From NCBI GenBank assembly GCA_965219455.1, contig OZ244744.1, positions 4,288,001 to 4,352,000 on the forward strand: DNA of 64,000 nt, given 5' to 3'. Of the stretch, positions 57,794 through 64,000 are shown one piece after another. Under the pieces are notes generated by a model. It saw only the letters and a program-made list of their open reading frames with translations, was not told where the DNA came from and searched no databases. The translations under genes and the position numbers were made by a program. Each line of letters opens with the position of its first letter. Position 1 is the stretch's first letter. This DNA comes from Candidatus Latescibacterota bacterium. GTDB lineage: Bacteria; Latescibacterota; UBA2968; GCA-2709665.

Positions 57794-58567
57794 ATGGAAA
57801 AGGAGCTGCATATCAGGCCCAGGTATTACCGGTGGCACGTGGACCCTGGCGTGTCCTGGGAGGAGAAGAACACCGATTACGCCCATTTGGATTGGCGCAT
57901 TCCGCTGTCACAAGCGGCGCTCGTGCTGGTGGACGTGTGGGACGGTCACTACCTTAAGGAGACGGTCGAGCGGACGGAAGCGATCGTCGAGGCGCGTATC
58001 GTTCCTCTGCTTGCGGCCTGCCGCAAGGCCGGATTGCGGTTGATCCATGCGCCCGCGCCGGGGCTGGCGGAACACCATCCGGCGTGGGTGCGATTGATCG
58101 ACCTCCCGCCGCCGTCGTGCGGAAAAGGGGAAACGTGGCCCCCGCGTGAGTTCAGGTCCAGGACGGGCGCGTATGCCGCCTATGCGAGGCCGGAGGAGCC
58201 GAGAGAGCCGGAACTGATCGAAATGCGATCCGGACGAAGGCTGCATCCGCTGGTGCAGGTGGAGGAGGGAGAGGTCGTTATCTACAACGGAGAGGAACTG
58301 CACAGGTATTGCAAACGCGAGGGGATCCTGTTTCTGTTCTTTGTGGGGTTCAACACCAACGCGTGCATCCTGTTGCGGGATTATGGCACGGTCGAAATGA
58401 GCAAACGTGGATACGAGGTCATCATTTTGCGGGATTGCGGGACGGGCATGGAGTCGTTCGAAACACAGGACGGGTTGTGGCAGACCCGCGGTGCGATTCT
58501 GTTTCTGGAGATGTTCGGAAAGTACTCGATCACATCGGCAGAGATGATCGACGGGCTGTTAAGTTAG
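57794..58567 (+). CDS. Isochorismatase/cysteine hydrolase family protein
   Basis: LVLVDVW, GFNTNAC, ILRDC. Confidence 0.85.
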   Translation: MEKELHIRPRYYRWHVDPGVSWEEKNTDYAHLDWRIPLSQAALVLVDVWDGHYLKETVERTEAIVEARIVPLLAACRKAGLRLIHAPAPGLAEHHPAWVRLIDLPPPSCGKGETWPPREFRSRTGAYAAYARPEEPREPELIEMRSGRRLHPLVQVEEGEVVIYNGEELHRYCKREGILFLFFVGFNTNACILLRDYGTVEMSKRGYEVIILRDCGTGMESFETQDGLWQTRGAILFLEMFGKYSITSAEMIDGLLS

Positions 58568-58580
58568 AAAGGAGCGGAAA

Positions 58581-59423
58581 GTGAAAATCTCGGTTTTTGC
58601 GGATGAAATCGACCGGCGCGATCCGGCTCACGCGATATCCCTTGCCGCGGCCTGGGGTGTTTCGCACGTGGAGGTGCGCCAGCTTGCGGGTGGCAGGTTT
58701 CCTGCCGTAAGCGACAATGAGTTGGCCGCCTTTCACGCGCGGGTCCGCGATGCGGGATTGGGTGTTTCAGGGGTTTCGCCGGGTTTTTTCAAGGGGCCGC
58801 TGGATGATCCCCGGGTCGACGAACGCCTGCGGCAGTCGCTTCCACGTGCGTGCGCATGGGCGCGAAAATTGGGTACCGATCGGGTGTCCTGTTTCGCCTT
58901 TCAGCGGACGGAGGCGCCACGTCCTCCGGCAGCGGTTGTGGACCGGCTCGGACAGATGGCGGACGTTGCGGCGCGGGAGGGGTGTCGTCTGGCGCTGGAA
59001 AACGAGGCGGTTTGCTGGGGGGCAACCGGCGCCGAGGCGGCTCTGCTTGTCCGCCAGGTGGGTGTGGACCGTCTATCGCTTTGCTGGGATCCCGGCAATT
59101 CCGCCCGGGCGGGTACGCCATCCCCCTTTCCGGGGGAATACGAGGATCTGAAAGATCTGGTAACCCACGTGCACGTGAAGAATTTCGATCCGGACACTGG
59201 CGCCTGGTCGATGGCGGAGGAAGGGCTCGTGGACTGGCCAGGGCAGTTGGACGCCCTTCGTGCCGACGGGTACAGGGGCTTCGTGGTGGTAGAGACACAT
59301 CTGGACATCAGCCCGGATGCGTTCGAGGTGGCCGACGTGGCGTTCACCGGGTTGGCGGCAAACAGTCTGAGGAACCTGGAGTACGTCGGATCGTGTTTAG
59401 GCGTGTCCGGCAGCGAAAAATGA
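58581..59423 (+). CDS. Sugar phosphate isomerase/epimerase (xylose isomerase-like TIM barrel)
   Basis: FADEI, LALENE, WDPGN, HVHVK, VETH. Confidence 0.88.
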   Translation: MKISVFADEIDRRDPAHAISLAAAWGVSHVEVRQLAGGRFPAVSDNELAAFHARVRDAGLGVSGVSPGFFKGPLDDPRVDERLRQSLPRACAWARKLGTDRVSCFAFQRTEAPRPPAAVVDRLGQMADVAAREGCRLALENEAVCWGATGAEAALLVRQVGVDRLSLCWDPGNSARAGTPSPFPGEYEDLKDLVTHVHVKNFDPDTGAWSMAEEGLVDWPGQLDALRADGYRGFVVVETHLDISPDAFEVADVAFTGLAANSLRNLEYVGSCLGVSGSEK

Positions 59424-59442
59424 CGACACCAAGGAGGGAGGA

Positions 59443-60426
59443 ATGGCTGCAGAGATTCGTCTGGGTCTGATCGGTTGCGGCGGCAATATGCGCGGCGCGC
59501 ACGTGCCGCGGATTCAGGCAGAGAAGGACGTGAAGCTGGTTTGCGTGGCGGATACGGTGAAGGAGCAGGCCCGTTTGTTGATGGATCGATACGGCGGAGA
59601 GGTCGCCTGTTACGAGGATTATCGCCGCATGATTCAACAGGAGGCGCTCGACGCGATCTTTATCAGTTCACCGCATTCGATGCACTACGAGCAGGCGCGG
59701 CTCGGGCTCGAAGCGGGCCTGCACGTGCTGGTGGAGAAGCCGCTGACGGTGTTTCCAGGGCATACCCGGGCGTTGATCGACCTGGCGGCGCAGAAGAAGC
59801 GGTTCTTGCAGGTGAGCTACCAGCGGAATTACTTCGCGCCGCACGTGTACGCCAGGGAACTGGTGCGGGAAGGGTATATCGGAGAGTTGCGCGGTGTGGT
59901 GTCCTACGTGACGCAGAATTGGGGAGGAGTGAAGGGCTGGCGCCTGGATCCCGAGCTTTCCGGCGGCGGTATGTTTATGGATACCGGCAGCCACCTGGTC
60001 GCATCCACGTTGTGGATCACCGGGCTGGCGCCGGTGGAAGTCTCTGCGTTTATGGATTACGATCGCATGGACGTGGATATCAACGCCGTGCTGAATGTCC
60101 GGTTTGAAGGCGGGGCCGTGGGTACGATCAGCACGTTCGGCAATGCCAGGGATCACGATGAGCGCATCGCAATTCACGGCGGCGAAGGATGTATTGTGTT
60201 TCATCTCTACAAGTGGCAGGTAAAGGCGGTACTGGTGAACGACAGGCCAATGGAAATTCCCGAACGGATTGTTGAGACATCTCCGGATGCGGCGTTTTTC
60301 GATTGGATCCGGAATGGGGGAATGGGGTACGAAGCCCCCGATTTTGCCCTGCAGGTTGCCCGGCTTTCCGAGGCCGCTTACAGGTCGCTGGAGCGTAAAA
60401 CGCCGGTAATGGTGAGCACGCGCTGA
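59443..60426 (+). CDS. Gfo/Idh/MocA family oxidoreductase
   Basis: GLIGCG, HVLVEKP, WR.DPELSGGG.FMDTGSH. Confidence 0.92.
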   Translation: MAAEIRLGLIGCGGNMRGAHVPRIQAEKDVKLVCVADTVKEQARLLMDRYGGEVACYEDYRRMIQQEALDAIFISSPHSMHYEQARLGLEAGLHVLVEKPLTVFPGHTRALIDLAAQKKRFLQVSYQRNYFAPHVYARELVREGYIGELRGVVSYVTQNWGGVKGWRLDPELSGGGMFMDTGSHLVASTLWITGLAPVEVSAFMDYDRMDVDINAVLNVRFEGGAVGTISTFGNARDHDERIAIHGGEGCIVFHLYKWQVKAVLVNDRPMEIPERIVETSPDAAFFDWIRNGGMGYEAPDFALQVARLSEAAYRSLERKTPVMVSTR

Positions 60427-60441
60427 CCGCAGGAGGCGTCG

Positions 60442-61173
60442 ATGTCAAAAAAGATACGTTTGAGAGGCAGGTATTACCGGCAGCACCCGCCCGCCCGGCA
60501 TCTGGGGCACGCGGAGGAAGCGCTTGCGCTGGGCATGGACAATACGGCGTTTCTTCTGGTGGATGTCTACGGAAAGGGTTTCGACCCGGACGACGATCCC
60601 GGGGATGTACCCGAGTTGTATCGCGCTGCCGTGGAACGCAACCGGGAGATTGTGGTAAAACACATCCGGCCGTCCAAAGACGCGGCGAAACGCCTCGGAT
60701 TGCCCGTCGTATACGTGACGAACTATCTGGCGCCCTCAACCAATGAACGGACGGAGTGGCGCAATATGTCAATCCGGACATGCGGCGTGGACGTGCTGGA
60801 GACGTGGCCGGACCCCAACGATATCCTCGCGTTTTCCAGCGTGATCGCTCCGGATGCCGATGATTACCTGGTGAAAAAACAGATGTACAGCGCGTTCTTT
60901 GAGACCCACCTGGACTCGCTGCTGCGCAGCCTGGGGATTTACAACCTGGTAACGGTCGGGTTCGACACGCGGATTTGCCTGGGGACGACGGTAACCGAGG
61001 CGATGTACCGGAATTACCGCGTTATCGTGCTGCGGGATTGCTGCAGTACCACGGAATACCCGGAAACCGAGGCGGAAGGTTGGTCGAATTTTTTCGGGAT
61101 TCGATTCATTGAAGCGAATGTCGGATATACTTCCACGTCGGACGCGTTCGTCCGTGCGTGCGGTGAGGTCTGA
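60442..61173 (+). CDS. Isochorismatase/cysteine hydrolase family protein
   Basis: LLVDVY, KKQMYSAFFET.LD..LR, GFDTRIC, VLRDC (D-K-C triad). Confidence 0.9.
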   Translation: MSKKIRLRGRYYRQHPPARHLGHAEEALALGMDNTAFLLVDVYGKGFDPDDDPGDVPELYRAAVERNREIVVKHIRPSKDAAKRLGLPVVYVTNYLAPSTNERTEWRNMSIRTCGVDVLETWPDPNDILAFSSVIAPDADDYLVKKQMYSAFFETHLDSLLRSLGIYNLVTVGFDTRICLGTTVTEAMYRNYRVIVLRDCCSTTEYPETEAEGWSNFFGIRFIEANVGYTSTSDAFVRACGEV

Positions 61174-61174
61174 G

Positions 61175-62356
61175 ATGGGCGCCAGAGAGGCGGTTCTGAA
61201 TGCAATTGACGGGCAGTGGATGGCCGAGCAGGCCCTCAAGCTGGTCGAAATTCCCAGCGTGACGGGTGAGGAAGCGGAAGTCTGCGCCTGTTTCGAGGCG
61301 CAGTTGGCAGATTTGGGGCTCGCCGTGGACGCACACGAGGTGACGCCGGGACGGCGGAATCTTTACGCCGGGATCCGGGGCGTAAACGATGGACCGGCGC
61401 TGCTGCTGAATGGACATCTGGATACGATTCCCATCGGCGACTGCACCCCGGTGCGGCGGGAGGGCGACCGCATCTATGGGCGGGGTTCAACGGATATGAA
61501 GGGTGGCGTGGCTGCCATGCTGGGCGCGGCAAAGGCGTTGCGGGAGGCTGGTGTGCGTCTGAAAGGCGATTTGCTGGTCAGCGGCGTGGTCGGCCACGAA
61601 GAACCTGAAGCTGAGAAAGACGGCCCTCTGGCGCTCGTGGCGGATGTGAATAGCGGAAGGATCAAATGCGACCGCATTCTCATCGTGGAGGGTGGAGACG
61701 AACTCTGGGTGATGAGTATGGGGTCGATGGTGTTTACAATCACGTTGACTTCCGAACGCGGCGGCACCCATACCAATTATGTGCCGTTCCCGGAGAACCC
61801 CATCCGTCACGTGGGCGACCTGATCCGGAGAATAACGGAGCGGCAGCGGGAACTGGATGCCGGAGGCGTTCATCCGCTGGCCGGTCCGGAGCGGATCGAT
61901 CTGGGCATCGTACAGGCCGGCGACTACTTCAACCGGACGCCGGGCCGGTGCGTGCTTACGGGGACGCGGCGGTGGCTGCCTGGCAGGACGATGTCTTCGG
62001 TACTGATTGAACTGGAATCGCTGGCCGAGCCGTTTGCCAGGGCCGGGGAAATGAAGCTTTCCGTTGACATGGCGCTCCAGCGGGAGCCATTTGAGACACC
62101 GCGGGACGATCCGGCCGTACGGGCGGCGGCCGCGGCCCACCGGGAAGTGGTTGGCGAGGACGTTAACTACGTGGGAAGACGGCTGGTCGGTGATGCCAAC
62201 ATCTATATGAACGAGACTGGGGTGCCCACCTTCTACTACGGACCGTCGAATGAGACGGCCCATTCCGACAACGAGTGGGTATCGGTAGCGCGTACAGAGG
62301 CAGCCGCGAAGGTCTATGCGCTCATGGCGATGAATTATTGTGGCGTGGCGGACTAG
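61175..62356 (+). CDS. M20 metallopeptidase/deacetylase (ArgE/DapE-like)
   Basis: ATG 61175; NGHLDT, YGRGSTDMKGG, GHEE, YGP...AHSDNE. Confidence 0.9.
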   Translation: MGAREAVLNAIDGQWMAEQALKLVEIPSVTGEEAEVCACFEAQLADLGLAVDAHEVTPGRRNLYAGIRGVNDGPALLLNGHLDTIPIGDCTPVRREGDRIYGRGSTDMKGGVAAMLGAAKALREAGVRLKGDLLVSGVVGHEEPEAEKDGPLALVADVNSGRIKCDRILIVEGGDELWVMSMGSMVFTITLTSERGGTHTNYVPFPENPIRHVGDLIRRITERQRELDAGGVHPLAGPERIDLGIVQAGDYFNRTPGRCVLTGTRRWLPGRTMSSVLIELESLAEPFARAGEMKLSVDMALQREPFETPRDDPAVRAAAAAHREVVGEDVNYVGRRLVGDANIYMNETGVPTFYYGPSNETAHSDNEWVSVARTEAAAKVYALMAMNYCGVAD

Positions 62357-62391
62357 ATGGTTGGTCGGAGTTCAAGATTGGAGGTGTTTTT

Positions 62392-63426
62392 GTGGTATCG
62401 ATCGTACGGAAGTCGGGCGGAGGGATCCACACGGCGCGCACGGCGCGTTGGGCGGGCGAGGCGAATCCGGAGGGTGGCGCGGAGACATTCGGCGCCGAAC
62501 CCAATCCCACGGGAAATCCGATCGGCGGGGGCGAAGGCTACGCGGACGGGCTCAGGAGCGGCGACCGTTCCGTCCGCAGTTACCGGGAACTGGCGCAGGC
62601 GCTCGAAGGCGCGGAGGCGGGCGACGTATTATTCGTACCGGGTGACGCCGAGATCGATATGGGCGGCCGGCCGGGTCTGGCGATTCCGGAAGCGGTGACG
62701 CTGGCCGGAGACCGGGGTGCAGACGGTTCGGCAGGAGGCCTGATTTATTCCAACGCGCTGGATACGCCGTTTCTTGTCAAAACGGCGGGGGACCGCGTCC
62801 GGATATCGGGGTTGCGTTTTCGGGGGCCCTACCCCCATCGAGATCGGGCCGCGCATTCATCATTCGGAATCATCACCACCCATTTCGCGCTCGAGATCGA
62901 CAATTGTGAAATCAGCGGTTTCAGCGTGGCGGCGACCCGGTTCGACGCGGGTGCGAGCAGGGGCTACGTGCACCACAACTTCATCCACCACAACCAGAAG
63001 GGCGGCCTGGGGTACGGCGTCAGCATCAACGTCGCCGCCGTGCTGATTGAAGCGAATCTTTTTGACTGGTGCAGGCACCATATCGCATCCAGCGGATCAC
63101 CCGGTTCCGCCTACGAAGCGCGTTACAATATCTGCCTGGAACACGCCAACGGCCACCTTTTCGACATGCATGGCGGGCAGGATCGGGGAGACGCAACCGT
63201 CATCTCCGGCGACTGGATGGATATTCACCACAATACGTTTGTAGCGCAGGACGTGCGCAGCGTGGTGATCCGGGGCGTTCCCAGTCAGGATGCCCGCATT
63301 CACCACAACCGGTGTCTAAGCGCGCTGCCCGACAACGTGGTGCGAGCCGGTGGAAATACACGGGTGTTCCGAAATCTCCTGGGGCCCGATGGCCAACGGG
63401 TCGCGAATCAGGAGGCACTGACATGA
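62392..63426 (+). CDS. Right-handed parallel beta-helix (pectin lyase-like) protein
   Basis: RBS GGAGGTG, GTG 62392; NPIGGGEGY, EIDNCEISGF, VHHNFIHHN..GLGYGV, FDMHG, IHHNTF. Confidence 0.8.
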   Translation: MVSIVRKSGGGIHTARTARWAGEANPEGGAETFGAEPNPTGNPIGGGEGYADGLRSGDRSVRSYRELAQALEGAEAGDVLFVPGDAEIDMGGRPGLAIPEAVTLAGDRGADGSAGGLIYSNALDTPFLVKTAGDRVRISGLRFRGPYPHRDRAAHSSFGIITTHFALEIDNCEISGFSVAATRFDAGASRGYVHHNFIHHNQKGGLGYGVSINVAAVLIEANLFDWCRHHIASSGSPGSAYEARYNICLEHANGHLFDMHGGQDRGDATVISGDWMDIHHNTFVAQDVRSVVIRGVPSQDARIHHNRCLSALPDNVVRAGGNTRVFRNLLGPDGQRVANQEALT

Positions 63427-64000
63427 TCTGCTGCAAGGACCACCTCGGCGATCCATTGCCCGATGGCGCGCTTCAGCGCCTGGGGACCCGGCGGATGCGG
63501 GGGTCGGTGACCGACATGGTCTACTCCGCCTGCGGCCGACGGGCGTTCGTGCTTTCCGGGGAATGCCTCTGCATCTGGGATCTGACCCAGGGCAACTGCA
63601 TTGCAAGACACCGTGTGTCGGCGTACCGACTGACCGCCGCAGCCTGGAACCGCAACGTGACAGGGGCGCTGTTCGCCGATGAAGAGGGCGTGCTGCGAGA
63701 ATGGATCCTGACTGAAAAGCCGCGCGAAGTCGGCAAATTTGAAACGGGACGGACGTCGCTCGTCTCATTGCGATATTCGCCTGACGAGAACCGGGTGCTG
63801 ACCCTGGACCGGGGGACGTGCACGCTGGAGGAGTGGGACCGGGAGACGGGCAGGCGACGCATCGCTATTTCGGATGCGGGCGAGTACTTCGATCTCTGCC
63901 TGTATGGACCGGACGGCCGGACGGCTCTGGTGGCCCACCAGCCCGGCCATAACGTCTACCACTACGACCTGATGACCGGCGCGCGGCTGAAGGTCTTCGT
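63423..64000 (+). CDS. WD40/beta-propeller protein, runs off the window
   Basis: ATG overlaps the upstream TGA (ATGA); manual translation MICCKDHLGDPLPDGALQRLGTRRMR...CIWDL...YSPDE...EEWD...YGPDGRT...YDL; not in the ORF track. Confidence 0.75.
   Translation, partial: MICCKDHLGDPLPDGALQRLGTRRMRGSVTDMVYSACGRRAFVLSGECLCIWDLTQGNCIARHRVSAYRLTAAAWNRNVTGALFADEEGVLREWILTEKPREVGKFETGRTSLVSLRYSPDENRVLTLDRGTCTLEEWDRETGRRRIAISDAGEYFDLCLYGPDGRTALVAHQPGHNVYHYDLMTGARLKVF

Overview
GC-rich bacterial chromosomal window with about 42 protein-coding genes and no rRNA, tRNA, CRISPR array or intact transposase that I can see. The gene mix (CAZyme-like proteins without signal peptides, sulfatase, PhyH dioxygenases, Gfo/Idh/MocA, a DUF6785-like membrane protein, a CRTAC1/FG-GAP protein with a C-terminal DxNGDG EF-hand tag, GWxTD proteins) suggests a Latescibacterota/Gemmatimonadota-like FCB-group organism; this is inference only. 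1-22 kb holds sugar-acid, glycan and amino-acid catabolism genes. 22-55 kb is an envelope region. Its core is an apparent operon of OM beta-barrel, TonB-dependent receptor, secreted protein with a T9SS-CTD-like tail and PorV/PorQ-like barrel, followed by a TMTC-like GT-C glycosyltransferase and bracketed by two paralogous TPR-GWxTD genes. This block is the best candidate for a poorly described system. Its intergenic spaces carry remnants of several short-repeat/REP families. 55.8-57.7 kb is an XcyI/Cfr9I-like type II restriction-modification pair. 57.8-64 kb is a catabolic operon with two paralogous isochorismatase-family hydrolases. All family calls come from motif recognition by eye, not database searches.
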